Source of the DNA: Lepidodermella squamata
Taxonomy: Eukaryota; Animalia; Gastrotricha
Length of the DNA stretch: 64,000 bases
Assembly: GCA_047495785.1 (NCBI GenBank)
Contig: JBLDXI010000025.1
Coordinates: 2,046,001 to 2,110,000 of the forward strand
Direction of reading: 5' to 3'
The position numbers were made by a program, and so were the translations under genes. Positions within the stretch are counted from its first letter, which is position 1. Every line of letters begins with the position of its first letter. The notes beneath the pieces were generated by a model. It had not been told where the DNA came from, ran no database searches, and saw only the letters and a program-made list of their open reading frames with translations. Shown piece by piece: positions 48,114 to 61,247 of the stretch.

Positions 48114-48948
48114 GGTTCTGTGTCAATTGAGCAAACGAAAATTGGGCAACGAAAATAGAGCAAGGGCTTTGGAGCAACGATATTAGAGCAAAAAGACTTT
48201 TCGGCAAAATGAGATTAGAGCAAAACGACACGAGAGCAAATTCAATAATTAATTGCAGCTGTTATTTGGGTTTTTTTCATCTTGCCAAAATCTTTTTCTT
48301 TCTAACCGAAAATTTCCATCTTTATTTATCTAAACAGCATTTTCTCGCGTGAAAAATACGAAAAAAATTTTTATCTTGTCAACATCTTTTTTAATCTTGC
48401 CAAGTGTTTCAATTGCTTCCCTGCGGTCACTACGAAATCGTCACTAGCCTACCACCCAAGGGTCGGTCATCGATCGTGTCCTCGCGTAGGCTAATCGAGA
48501 AAATCAATCTCTCGATTCGGTTCCTCAAGCCAAGGCCATCCGTGGACCGTGGATTAAGGCCTAATCTTAGGGAACTTCGAATCGACCAGGGATAAGACGG
48601 CCGCCAGGTCTCGTACGAGGCAATTATGGTTGCGTATGGAAGAGCAGTCTTAGGCGTGAAGACCGTGGCTGCCGCGCTACTAATTGGTCGACCGAGGATT
48701 TAGATTGACAGGAAACCATCGAAGGAATATTACCCGATTGAAAAATGTGTTCAATTTACTTGGTATAATCATAAATATGTTGAAAATTATGTTGGCAAGA
48801 TGAAAAAAGACACAGCCTGTTATTTATTGTAAATAAAATTTGCTCTCGTGTCGTTTTGCTCTAATTTCGTTTGCTCTAATATCGTTGCTCAAAAGCCCTT
48901 GCTCTATTTTTGTTGCCCAATTTTCGTTTGCTCAATTGACATTGAACC
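48114..48948. mobile_element. Long-TIR (Foldback/MULE-like) non-autonomous element with 8-bp TSD and nested content
   Basis: ~110-130 bp inverted arms built from gagcaa sub-repeats (ggttc..tgtcaattgagcaaacg / cgtttgctcaattgaca..gaacc), with tttttcgc duplicated on both sides. Confidence 0.85.
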
Positions 48949-49416
48949 TTTTTCGCAGGAACTGATGTTTGAAACTTGAGGTTTGAATTTCGCGCGCTCC
49001 AATAAGGATATTTCTTGTGCACAAATTCTCAGAATTTTCAATCGTCACCGTATCATCCTATAGCTCTCGGACGTTTTGATTATTCTGCGTAATTTCTACA
49101 ACTATTTTCAGCTCTTTTCGGCGGATTTTACCTGTCACCTGCCAACCGGCCTTCAACGATATCACAATTTCGACAATCGAATTCCTCAATTTTCTCCGAA
49201 CTAAATGTCTTTGAATAAAAATGTGACAATAATTGGGATGGCTCATCCCACTCCTCCTCTGTTCGGTAACGTCTGAGTTTTGTCTTGAAATAAAAAATCA
49301 GCATTCGTGATATGTAATAAAGGTTTTCATTTGTGCGTACCGTATAGGTGCAGAAACATGACACACGCATATTAAAGTTTTGTCTTGGTTGACCCAGACG
49401 GTTATTATTGACACAC

Positions 49417-49530
49417 ATCGATTATAACACGTGCTGTCTACGCTGTATAAATCGATGGGTATATGAATGACTGAAAATGCATGACTGACACGCGACGAAG
49501 CTCACATTGAAAATACAAGTGCGTCCTATT
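49417..49530 (+). promoter_or_regulatory. Conserved upstream block of the NR paralogs
   Basis: catcgatt..aacacgtgctgtct..aaatcgatg..tatgaatga..gacacgcg..gctcacat..gtgcgtcctat recurs at 56633-56748 and partly at ~44572. Confidence 0.55.
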
Positions 49531-49604
49531 TATTGACCCGTTCTCGTTTTTAAGGCTTCAAGCATTATAAAACGCATCAAACGATTATACCACAGCTTCT
49601 CCCG

Positions 49605-52600
49605 ATGGAACAGAAAATTACGGAGAATCGAATCATCTTGTGCAAGGTTTTTTTCCTCGAAATTATCTGAATTCACCTTCAACCGAATCGTCACAGGTTT
49701 GTAGCAAGGTTGTGCCAAAGCGAAAATTATTCAACCCTCGCGTATGCCATGCTTGTCAGGTACGTATCATCGACCATAGAGAATAGAATGATTAGAGTAG
49801 AAACTCACAGCTGAATCATTAAGGCAACAATTATTTCGCGCAAAAAAAATTAAGGCGTGCTTTTCAACTTTTTTTAGTCGATTTTCAATCAGATTTTAGT
49901 GTTTCAAATGCCGAAAATCAGCTAAAAATGAGAGAAGTTTGCATTGTGATTTCTAATAACGGAAATTTCACTTCGAGCTGATATTTTGACGCCTTAAAAA
50001 TTAACATCAAATATGAGGTGGGTATATACGAAGATTTCTTTCATACAGAAGTATTCATGTGTATGACAAATCACCTTACATACATGTCGTACCGTTATGA
50101 GCAATCCGCCCCAATTGGCAATTGGGTTACCCTCAAGAGCAATTGCTCTAAAAATCCACTTTTTAAGCAAATTAATAATTTCCAAAATAATTATTTCCCA
50201 AAACGATACATCAATGACCGATAATCGTGGTACTTTCAATTTATTCTCTACTTATTGTCATTTTTTGGCATTAATGGCTGGTAATTTCAAATAATATTCA
50301 AATTTAAATATTCTTAAAGGATGTCAACCCTAGCAGTTTCATTTCTGGTTCCCCAGTTCTAGTATGCGGTTCCCCTTGCTTGAATTTTCAGATTCCCTTT
50401 TTCCACAGAAGTTGATCCTAGAGACTCTTTCAAGCTCCATGAGATTGGATTGATGTGAACTAGGGGGTTGGGTTTACGTTTTAGACTGATCAATTGCTTC
50501 AGATAACGAAATTAATCAGTCGGAACTAGTATCATTATCTTAAACCTTGAAGGTTCAGCAAAAGTTCCAGCTGCCAACTATGACCTATTTGTCGGTTTTT
50601 AGCGCTTGAACTTCGGGAAAGCTTCATTATATCTCTATCAACCCACTGAGTTAGAAATTTAATCAGTGAGCAACCTTTTTAGGCAACAGGAGGAAATATT
50701 TGGTGTTTCTAGATACTGTCGATTATTGTCCTTAGCGATATCATATATCTCCATCTTGGGCATATTGCCTCATGGGTTATCCCAATTGCCTTTTGGGAGG
50801 ATCGCCTAAAACGGTACGACATACATATTTCCTTTCATAAAATCGTGCCTTTTAGCCAAACGATGATTAGGAATTATGGTTCGGGAAATGGTTAGGGTTA
50901 GGTTTAGGGTTGGGTTATGGTTCAAGGTTAAGGTTAGGGTTAGGTTTAGTTCAAGGCTCGGTTTTCTATGAAGTTCGATTTTTAGGCCCCCAATAACCTT
51001 CCCACTTCCGCAATAACCATTCCATGGCGGAAATAATTGACTCATTTTGCTTTCGGAACCTCTTTTTTCTTTTATATGAACCGAAAACTAGTCATCTGGC
51101 ATTTCCCTATTGTTTTCAGCTCGAATTTAATGGAGAAAAATATGTATGAAAGATTGCACCCAAAAAATATTGAACATTTCCGCTGGGAGAAAAATCGGTC
51201 CAATAATTAAATTTTTTTACATGCATTTTTGCATGTAATTTTTAAACGAGACAATTAAGGCGGGGTTTTTACGAATGCCATTATTGTTTCTCAAAAATAA
51301 TTTCCGCTACAAAACTTAAGCACAAGTATCTACTCTTATCATTCCATTCTCTATGGTATCAACACATTGATTTTACGAAATTCATAATTCCTACTTCAGA
51401 AATTCTACATTCGCAAAATTGAGCACCGCTTTGAAATGGTATGCTCGACTGGCAACATGAACTGCGATATCAGCTCAAACCCTAAGAAGACTTGCAGCCG
51501 CTGCCGTCTTGAACGATGCATCGCCGCTCGGAAGAACGGTGAACATTATTTTATATCGATTAATTGCACCGGACTTACGGATTTTTTTCTTACTAAAAGG
51601 TGGCACTTTGAAGCCTGAGAATTCGAAGAAGGGCGCTATGATTCAGAACCCTGATCCCTTCGATCTAACAGAATTGGAAACTGTGACTCGAAACTCAATA
51701 ACAGGCTTAACTGTTCTGCATGGCATGGAAACTGTGAGTATTCAATATTCGATTTAAATAGTTCAGAAACTGAAATTTAAACCGTGAATAGTTGCCACTT
51801 CGTCGCCGCACCGAGCCGTATTCGGACTTGAACCAGCTAGCTACGGATTTTACGGTGGATCTTGTGTCCCAGGTTTACAACATGGGGCTGAAATATGGAG
51901 CTTTTATGAAAAGTTAGCTCAGCCTTTCATCTATTATTTTGTCTACTTCTCACTTTCTCTTCATGTGGATTTAGGCTGTTTCAAGCTGTCGGAGTCTGAA
52001 GTTGGCTTAGCATTAACCTATGGCTGGAGCAAAGTGATTTCGGCTTTTTCAGCCTTGCCAAGCTGCCAGTGCTCCATGTTCGTTAGCAGCGCAGTCGTCC
52101 CGCAAATACGGGCTTTGTATCCTGAATATACGGTAAGAAATTCGCGTTAAAATTCGCGCTTAAAATATACCAGAAATTCTGCATTGGTTCTTTCAATTTT
52201 TCATTCAATTTAATTTTTGGAAAATTTCAATCTTGATGAACTAAATTAAATTATTTTTTTATTTTTTATTTTTACGAATATCTTTCAGTGGAACTACATT
52301 TTTGTTGCGAAAACTAAATCGAGTGTAAAATTGATGGGGGAAAAAACAAGCCTATATACAGCGTGCCCCATAAGCCATAAGTAACGCAAGGATAAGAAAT
52401 TCGCGGAAAAGGTTCAGAAACTCAAGAATGAGAGACAAAGTCACATCTCAAGGCCAGAATAATTTAAGAAAAATTGAAAAAATCCTCAGAATATTAATCA
52501 TATATGTCACATTTCAATTTTTAATGGGATCAAAAAAATTCCGGAGAAATTAGGTCCAACCGGGTAAAATGCCGAAAATACCGAACCATTTGCTATCGGG

Positions 52601-53674
52601 ATATCCGGTAAATTTTTATTTCTACGGTTAAATCACGGATAAAAGATGAACTATTCTCTCGTTAGGTTCGATTTTAAAAATAATTTGATTTAATTTCCTT
52701 AACAAAAGTCAGCAAATTAAAAAATAGTTGCGCTGGGACATGCTGTTAACGAAAGGAGCAATTTTCGAATAATTTCTAATTAAATCACGACTGCATTGCG
52801 TTCTGAAAATGAGAGCCAGACCTCATTTAGAGAATTCCAAAGGTCTTTCTTTTACCCGAAACAAATTAACGCTTAGCGGACCTAATTTGCCGTAGCGGAA
52901 CCAAAATTGCTGTTAGCGGCACCAAATTTTGGAAATTTTGCAGTAGCCTGATACCTGATATCCCTTTTCGGATATTTCTTGCGGGCCAAGATTAACCACA
53001 ATAATTATGCGTAAAATCCTCTATAAGATAGGGTGTTCGATTTAGAACTTATTTATCGCCTAAAATTCATAGAATTATTGAAAAAATGACCGCGGGAATA
53101 TTTCGATTTTAGTTCCGCCATATGTAAAATATGTAAAATTCTATTAATTTGTATTACATAATTCGTGAGTAATTAATGCGGTAATATTTTGCTTCATTAG
53201 TCGATGTTATTATGTGAGGGCTTCTAAAGACAATGTGACCCTTTTTATTTTCAGCCCTGGATGGAGGCAGAGAAAGAGCTTGCCTACGTCGTTAATTGGT
53301 GGAAGCCTTCTCTTGCTCAGTTCTCGCTTCTGCTCACCTATCTGTTCCTCAGTGGTTCGTTAATTTGTGTGAAACATAGCCCAACTTTCATTAACTTCAT
53401 AATCCCAGCTGAAGCCGCTAGCTCAAGTCCTCGTGTTGCCGAAGCTCGGGAAACAGTAAAAGCCGCTCTGATGCTATTGACAAGTGGCATGGACGACCCT
53501 GATGAGATGAAATCGACTCCTGTTAACCAAGTGATGTTCGCATTGCAAAACGTGTTAATTTGCGCCCGAGCCGGCCTGGAAGCTACTTCGGCGCGTCAGC
53601 AGGTCATTTACAAAGACCGGCAACTCGAAATGCTCCTCGAACGACTGCCTGATGAAGTAGCCAAGCCGAAGTGA
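49605..53674 (+). CDS. Divergent nuclear hormone receptor NR-c (two introns expanded by repeats)
   Basis: MEQKITENRIILCK|VCSK..CHACQ| then a ~1.6 kb intron, KFYIRK..CSRCRLERC, LBD exons, a ~1.1 kb intron, and the end EVAKPK*. Confidence 0.8.
50890..50949 (+). repeat. Degenerate (TTAGGG)n telomere-like tract
   Basis: ggttagggttaggtttagggttgggttatggttcaaggttaaggttagggttaggtttag, inside an NR-c intron. Confidence 0.7.
52359..52745. mobile_element. Tc1/mariner-like MITE in an intron
   Basis: ta|cagcgtgcccca ... tgggacatgctg: imperfect TIR, with TA on the left side only. Confidence 0.45.
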
Positions 53675-54699
53675 TTGGCTGAGCCAGTTTGCGGCTGATT
53701 TTTTCTTCGACCAAAAAGCCATAAACTGTTGCGAAACAATGACATGAAATAAAACTTATCTTTGCTGATCCAGCATGTATCCATTTACTGATAGTTATTT
53801 AAAAATTATTCTAAAAATGCCCCTCCTTATTAAATAAAGGCTCAATTTTCGAGGGAGACATAAAAAATATATTCTTTATTGTCTAAAACAAAAACCCGCC
53901 GCTGCAATCAATTGAGAGCCGTTGCCGCTAACGACGCTGAAATTTTTAGATTAATCTATGGTTAATTGAATTAGTTTAGATTGGCTGTAAAGCTATTTGG
54001 TAGGCTTGTGTTTATAGGAAGGAAATTAAAATCCGGTTACTACGGCTGGCTTTTTTCACTTTTGTCAGGCGATTTATCGCAATATTTCGAATGTCGCTCG
54101 TTACCGGAATGATCTCGAAAATCCGACTCTACTACGGCATGCTAGGCTTTGTACCCGTGAATGTGAAGCGCGAATCGCGAATACTACACACTGCCCTGTC
54201 CACCTTCTACGTCCAAGAGACCGCAGTTCCCGCACGTCATGTGGACCTGGCTCAAGCTCAAGGTTCGACTCAACCTGAAACTCAACAGCAACCCGCTGAA
54301 CTTCATGCTTAGGGTACACGAAAAGATTCCGGCCGTCGACCCAGCTGTAAACAACGCCTTAAACTACGCACCGCCTCCTCCTCCGTCTCCTCCCACGCTG
54401 GAGGAACATGGATGTTTTCGCTCCTCCTCCGTTTTCGCTGAGCTACAACCCGCCCAGGCGCACTTCGTAGCCGGACTTCATCATCTAGCTCTTCAGTTTG
54501 ACGATGCTGCCATCGACGCGCCGCCAGCAAATCAGCCGATGTGGGAAGGTGATGTGAATGGTCAGGCGATGGGTGGAGGAAGTTCGAGCAGCTCCGAGAG
54601 ATATCTATGCCGCGAGTTGGTGCCGTCGAAGAAGCAGATGAGGCGGATGAAGAACTACTTGCTATTTTCAACATTTACATTGATTTATCTAATTATTGT

Positions 54700-55325
54700 T
54701 GTATAGTTGAAGGCGGCTTATGACTCGGTCTGGCACGCTGGCCTTGTGCACCGCCTCTGCGGACTTCCTCTCCCGCGGAACCTAATCGGATGGCTCACAG
54801 ACTATCTGCGCGACCGCAAACGTTCGCCTGGCTGACCGCGTTCGCATCACCGATCTCGAGCGGCGCTGTCGCCTGCCCAGCCTTTCGGATATTTTCTCCC
54901 AAGTTCAAGTCCGCAACGCCGAGAACTCCCGCAGACATGTGCTGCCACTTCGCGAGCAAATCGAAGGCGCCCGCTTGCGTCCGCCAACCACGATGAAGTC
55001 GCCAGTAGTCGTCCTCCATCACTGCCTGTCGTCAGGCCCGCCTGTCATAGTCCACCCTTTACCCTTTATTCCTTGTTCTTTGTTTCTTTCCGCTCATCAT
55101 TCCTGTTCATGCTCTTCTCTTCATCCTCTGTGATTTAAGTTGCACTCTGTCTTCTCAACTGTTCTACTTATCTACCTGCACCCGATAAAGCTTAAGCTGC
55201 TGATAATTCATTCCTTGATGCCTCCCCACTAGTGTCTTCCGCGAACTGTTTGAGATCTCAGACAATCGCGTGTCCTCTTTGTGCCGGCGCCTTGTCTGAC
55301 ATGTCTTTTTATTGTTGTTATTTTC
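54700..55325 (+). mobile_element. Non-LTR retrotransposon (LINE) remnant
   Basis: LKAAYDSVWHAGLVHRLCGLPLPRNLIGWLTDYLRDR (RT motif D..KAFDSVWH), then RITDLERRCRLPSL resembling an ORF2 C-terminus, then a pyrimidine-rich 3' UTR. Confidence 0.75.
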
Positions 55326-55483
55326 TGCCTCTAAATGTAATTTGTATATCAAATGACGAGAAATTATAAAACTTTTCGTTCCTTCGTGTTGTGATTTCCG
55401 CCCTGGCTACTTATGTTAATTAGTGTTATTAATCGCTGGAAATATTGTTGATAATTCGGAAAAATGACATTAGGACATATCAT

Positions 55484-55694
55484 CAGCGTCGTGTTGAAAA
55501 TCTCGGATTAAGGCTTGTTTACGTCAGTTTCAAGGTGACAAATGAAATGCCATTCGTGTTTGCTCCATTTTCGATTCAGAAATAAACATTCACGTAAAAA
55601 AAACACCGCTAATTACTTGTCACCCGTCACCTGGAAACTGACGTAAACAAACCTAAATCCGAGTTTTTTTAACAACGATAACGATATGACGCTG
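55484..55694. mobile_element. Inverted-repeat MITE
   Basis: ctcggattaaggcttgtttacgtcagtttcaaggtgac versus gtcacctggaaactgacgtaaacaaacctaaatccgag. Confidence 0.7.
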
Positions 55695-56866
55695 CCATTT
55701 AAACAAATAAAATTCGGACAGATGGGTTTTTGTTGGTCGTTTTTTGGGAATTTTTTGGGAATCCACCGTTTATGAAATTCGGACACATGCATAAAATCCC
55801 TCAAAATGTTGAATATCAGAGTATTGTTGGAACTTTAATTTTCAGCATCATAATTAAGTTTTGTCCCTCGCTTCAACTTAAAACTTTGAATTTAATTAAA
55901 CAGGTGTCTAATTACTTGCGCATGCATTAGTTTTAGTTTTAGTAAAACTATAAACCATAAAATTAAAAAAGTTGAGCGAAGCATTGAGAACTTTGAAGAA
56001 ATCGTTGACCATGATATGCGGTTAGGGGCACTGAAAATTCAGTGTCCATGTCAATTTGAAGGTCACGTGTGACATGTCATGAATGATAAATTACCTAATC
56101 CCGTATTGAATTTCATGATAATATAGCTCGATATTTAGCTATAGTCTCTTGTTACTACTATGCCCAGCTTACATTAATGTACGATATAAGCCAGTTCAAA
56201 TTACAATGAAAATTCCCTTTTCTGATCGATTTAGAGGTAAAACATCGTGCTACACTGAAACGTGAATAAGGGCGGAATGCAGCAAGTGTGAGGTTCGCAA
56301 CTTCACGCACAAATGAACGGACATCATCAACGGCTTTTTTATTTATCATCTTCAAACTGACTTGAGCAAACTACAACGATGTTAATTTTGATAATGGGTG
56401 CCTCAGAAGGGATTAAAGCTCCGATTTTTCTTGGAACTACACGTCGTTGAATAAACATTTGAAATAACTGAGCTGGCTGTTCGTCTAGTACATGTCATAA
56501 TTTTGCCATTGAAAAGCAGCTTTCGAGTCTGTAATGGTTTCATTCTTGCAGACTATAAGCGCAGACGTCTGACGTTGGCCTAATATTTCTGCTAAATTTG
56601 TCTTGGCTAAGTTTTGTACCTAGGCCTTAAACCATCGATTTAAACGCGTGCTGTCTGCACTGTAAAAATCGATGAGCCTATGAATGAAATATATTACAGA
56701 CACGCGCGCGACATGCTCACATGAAAAACAAGTTGTGTGCGTCCTATATCCCGACCCATTTAAATACCAGTTCTCATTCTTTATTGTCAAAACATAATAT
56801 ATAACCAGTAGGGTCGCAAGATAAATTCGTCTAACTAATACAACTTCATCTCGCCGATTAAAACAG

Positions 56867-58310
56867 ATGGAGCAGACAACTTCGGAGAATCGCGTCATTC
56901 TGTGCAAGGTTTTTCTACTTGTTTTCCGAACTTCTTTCTCTTTCAACCGAATCATCACAGGTTTGTAGCAAGGTTGTGCCTAAGCGAAAATTCTTCAGCC
57001 CTCGCGTATGCCATGCCTGTCAGGTATGTTTTAATCTACAACTACTCCGAAGGATCAATTTTATGATGTATTTTGCAGAAATTCTACATCCGTAAGATTG
57101 ACCACCGCTTTGAAATGGTGTGCTCGACAGGCAAATTGAACTGTGACATCAGCTCAAACCCTAAGAAGACTTGCAACCGCTGCCGTCTTGAACGATGCAT
57201 TGCCGCTCGGAAGAACGGTGAAATTAACGTCAAGTATATCCACGCGAATTATTGATTTTTTCCTATCTCAAAGGTGCGAGGAAAGACACTTTAAAACCTG
57301 AAAATGCGAAGGATTTTAGCGAAGGCACTATCATACAGAACCCGGAGCTCTTTGACCTCGGAGAGATGGAAACTGCGACTCGAAACTCAATAACAGGCTT
57401 AACGGTTCTACATGGCATGGAAACTGTGAGTATTCAGTTGAAATAATTCAATTGAAATACATTTTTGTTTCCGTGAAAAGTTGCCACTACGCCGCTGCGC
57501 TGAGCCATATTCGGACTTGAACCAACTAGCTTCGGAATTTACGATGGATCACGTGTCCCAGGTTTACAACATGGGGCTGAAATATGGAGCTTTCATAAAG
57601 AGTGAGCTCAATTCTTTTCTACGTAGATAATATGTTAATGTCTTGATTCAGACTGTTTCAAGCTGTCAGATGCCGAAGTTGATTCAGCATTAGCTTCTGG
57701 TTGGAGCAAAACGATTTCGGTTTTTTCAGCATTGCCAAGCTGTCAGTGCTCCTTGTTTGTAAGCAACGTCGTCGCTCCCCAGATACAAGCTTTATTTCCT
57801 GAATATACGGTAAGAAATAACTCGAATGAATGATTCCGAAAAATTCGTATAATATGGTTCTGTTAATTTGTATCATTTGATTCAACAATTCTAGCCAATG
57901 ATGGAGGCGGAGAAGGAACTTGGATATGTCATCAACTGGTGGAAGCCTTCTCTTGCTCAGTTCTCGCTTCTGTTGACCTATCTGTTCCTCAGTGGTTTGT
58001 ATTTGCTTTGAAACTAGCCATATATTACCTTTGTTTTTCAGCTGAAGCTGCCAGCTCAAGTCCTCGAGTTGCTAAAGCTCGGGAAACAGTAAAAACTGCC
58101 CTAACGGTATTGACAAGTGGCATGGACGACCCTGATGAGATCAAATCGACTCCTGTCAACCAATTAATGTTAGCTCTAGAAAACGTGTTAGTTTGTGCTC
58201 GAGCTGGTGTTGAAGCTACAGCGGCCCGTCAGCAGCTTACATTCAAACACAGACAACTCGAAATGCTCCTCCTCGAACGACTGCCCGATGAAGTGGCCAA
58301 GCCGAAGTGA
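56867..58310 (+). CDS. Divergent nuclear hormone receptor NR-d (multi-exon)
   Basis: MEQTTSENRVILCK|VCSK..CHACQ|KFYIRK..CNRCRLERC, with LBD exons collinear with NR-b and NR-c. Confidence 0.85.
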
Positions 58311-58652
58311 TTGGCTGACTCTGTTAACATTTGCTCTTTCTCTTCGAACATAGAACTGTCAACTTTTGCGAATCAATTATAAATAATAAAATAAATTTCC
58401 TATTTGCTGATCCAGCTTATTATATTCATTTACTGAAATTGATTTACAAATTATCAGAAGAATGCGTCTCCACATTAAATGAGTCGTGCCACACAGAAAA
58501 GGTCCTCACCGTTTTTGTTGATCCCCACAATGGGGGTGACTAACACAGTCTCGGGATCACAACTCTCTTCTGTAATTCTTATTCAGCTCTAATAAGGGCC
58601 TTTTCTATACGGCACGTCTCAAATAAAGGCTTCATGTTTTCGAGTTTTCTGA

Positions 58653-61247
58653 TCAAGGACTGATAATGCTAACCAGGCTGTTCAGTAATCCTGTATCGGT
58701 CTCGAGAATAGCTATTGACTTGCTCAGTTTAGAACCTAGAGTTACCACACTTGGCAAAGTCTTGTGTGTTGTTTGCCCTGGGGACGGCAAAGCAACGGCA
58801 ATGCGGTGACAGCTTTTGCCAACACGATCAGAAGACCATGAAAGCTCTCCAATGTGCTCTTCTCCATCATTTGTATCCTTTTCCTGCTCGCCATACGCAT
58901 AAACCTGTAAGAATTTGGATGATTCACGCCCCCGAGTCGAATAATATATTACTTACGATAATCTTTCCGAGTGAGCTATCACCAATGATTATATTTCCTA
59001 GCCGGTCGAATATTATTTGAGCTGGATAAGCTTTCACCATTTGAAGTTCACTAACACGTCGCAGCGTGAGTCCAGAGGTTGATCGCCGATTTACTTCAAA
59101 TTTAACAATCACAGAAGTGTCTCTATTAGGCAGAAGTCTTGTCGAAGCTACTTCTTCATTAGCCTCTAAAATCTCAACGAATCGTTTTCCGTCATCGGGC
59201 ATCAGAACTTCAATCCTTCTCTTCTTCCTATCGCAAACTGCTATGTGATAGCTTTCATCCTCCGCGGTGAATATCGAACAGCTGTAGGGCGAGAATCCAC
59301 ACAATATTGAAGCTATATGGTGGCCGATAGGTTTCCCGCATTCATCGGATGCTATCGACCATATGGAAATGTCATTGTGTTTACTTCCATGGTAATCACA
59401 ACCGAAAAGTAATCGATTCAGAGGATCGACGGATATAGTCTCCAAATGACGTCCATCTAACATTTCACTTGGAATGAGAACATCTGTCTCTGCGGAGCAA
59501 ATTTCTTGAAGGTTAGCAGCCCCATTAGTTATCAAAGTCATAACCGAGTCCATTCCAGAGTGTTTAGCCATGTCCGCTAGCAGATAGCAAACTTTAAGCA
59601 AGTTTGATGAGTAGTTTATTCGAAGAATTGATCCATCCGTTTGACCACTCGGGTAATTGAAAAGATAGATGTCATCAGAAATATAGTCGTAGGTAGCATG
59701 GGCAATTTTCAGAGTTTTCATCGCCACATTTTTAGGCATTACCAGGCTACAACTTCCGCTGAACTTCGAAGTTGTCCACTTTTTATCGCGATTTGGAAAA
59801 TGCTGCAAAAGTAAGTAAGCTATCAAAAAAGCGATAAATGGAAATTGAGAGCAACCTCGACTCTTCCGTTGCTTGTTAGCACTAACAAAGCTGGCTCTGG
59901 GAGCTGGCTGATTGGACTCCCAATGTATACGATTGCAGTTATGTCATCTTTCTCTTTCGTCTGGAAAATTTCCACCGGATACCTAGAAAGATTCACCCAG
60001 TACTTGGGCGATAATGCGTTAGTTCGACGTCGAGAGTCTGCTTGCGTAGAAACAAAAAATTGGGCATCAGTCGGACTAATCATGATGCCTGAATCTGTCA
60101 GTAGCTCATCAGGAACATCCAAATTGTCGAGCTCTTCGCAAATATCAAACGATTCGGCGTGGCCACATTGGAACTGGAATTCTTTGATAGCTGCTCGAAT
60201 TTTAGGGTGCTTCAACAAGTCACGCGATTTCGGTCGATTGACGGGGTTCTTCTCCAGCAACTTTTCGCAGATAAAATTACGAAGGTCTGCGCTGTAACTC
60301 TCATCAGTTATCGGCTTCGGTGATTCGCTGAAAAGCTTCAAGTTAATGCCTATTTTCTTTTACATGGCTCATACTGTATAATTTTCCGCATCAAGGCAGC
60401 CTCGTTAATTGCAAGAAACTGGAAACGGAATAAAATTATTTCCCATGGAAATGAAGGTTTCAAAAATAATTTACTGGTAGATCCAAAGTGGCCAACTCGT
60501 AGCAAACGATTCCCAACGTCCAAATATCGCCACGAAAGGAAAAGTGGGCATCCTGTAATGTTTCCGGGGGCCTATGAGTGATAGTTCCCCAGCCAGTCCC
60601 GGCAGAACTTATGTCTCTGAAATTCTCACAACATAACCTCATCCGTCTAAAAATTGTACGAGAAATACGTGTCGAGCTGTTTGGAAACTCCAAAGTCACC
60701 AAGTTTCAAGAAAATTCCGTAGGCAAGAAAAATGTTGTCTGATTTGATGTCCCGATGGAGGACGCGCAGTTTTGTGTGGAGATAATCAACTGCCCTGACT
60801 AGTTGGGCAGTCCAGGCCCATATTTGGCACTCGTGGTATGATCCATTCATGCTCTTTCTGGTTTTTATGGCACTCCTGAGAGTCCCAGCCTGACAATACT
60901 CCATGGTAATGTGAATGATATCTCCCTCGGTGTAGTAGTCGTAGACTCGCACGATATTTGGATGCTTCGCAGTTTGCATGATCTCATACTGAAAATTCTG
61001 TAATAAGGTCAAATTTTCGATGAAATGGCCTTACCTCCTTTCTTGCCATGGCACTGTAGCGTTCCCTCTGCTCCGGGCTGTCGTTGGTGAGAGGCAGGTA
61101 GTTGATGTCGATTTCCTTGACTATGATTTCTTCATTTGTGTCAGTTTTAGTTGCCCTGAATGCTCTGCCAAAAGACCCTCTTGCAACGTACGTCACATCT
61201 TTATACCGGTTTTTTGCTATGCTCAAGCTTGCCCCCGCTCTCGACAT
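58653..61247 (-). CDS. NEK-like Ser/Thr kinase fused to an NHL-like beta-propeller (multi-exon)
   Basis: ARGSFG, IIVKEI, HRDIKSDNIFL, LKLGDFGVSKQL, PPE, GDIWTLG. The propeller is homologous to 9490-10644. The last exon (58905-58653) ends IISP*. Confidence 0.85.

Noticed and set aside
49850-49997. Possible TTAA-flanked Kolobok/piggyBac MITE
   Set aside because: Only a 5-bp TIR; insufficient support.
52865-52930. Three ~20-bp repeats (tagcgg..ccaaatt) resembling a CRISPR array
   Set aside because: No unique spacers and a eukaryotic intron context; ordinary transposon sub-repeats.
54063-55301. Possible solo LTR (tgtcag...ctgaca) and ORF 54239-54706
   Set aside because: No TSD; the internal sequence is better explained as LINE debris.
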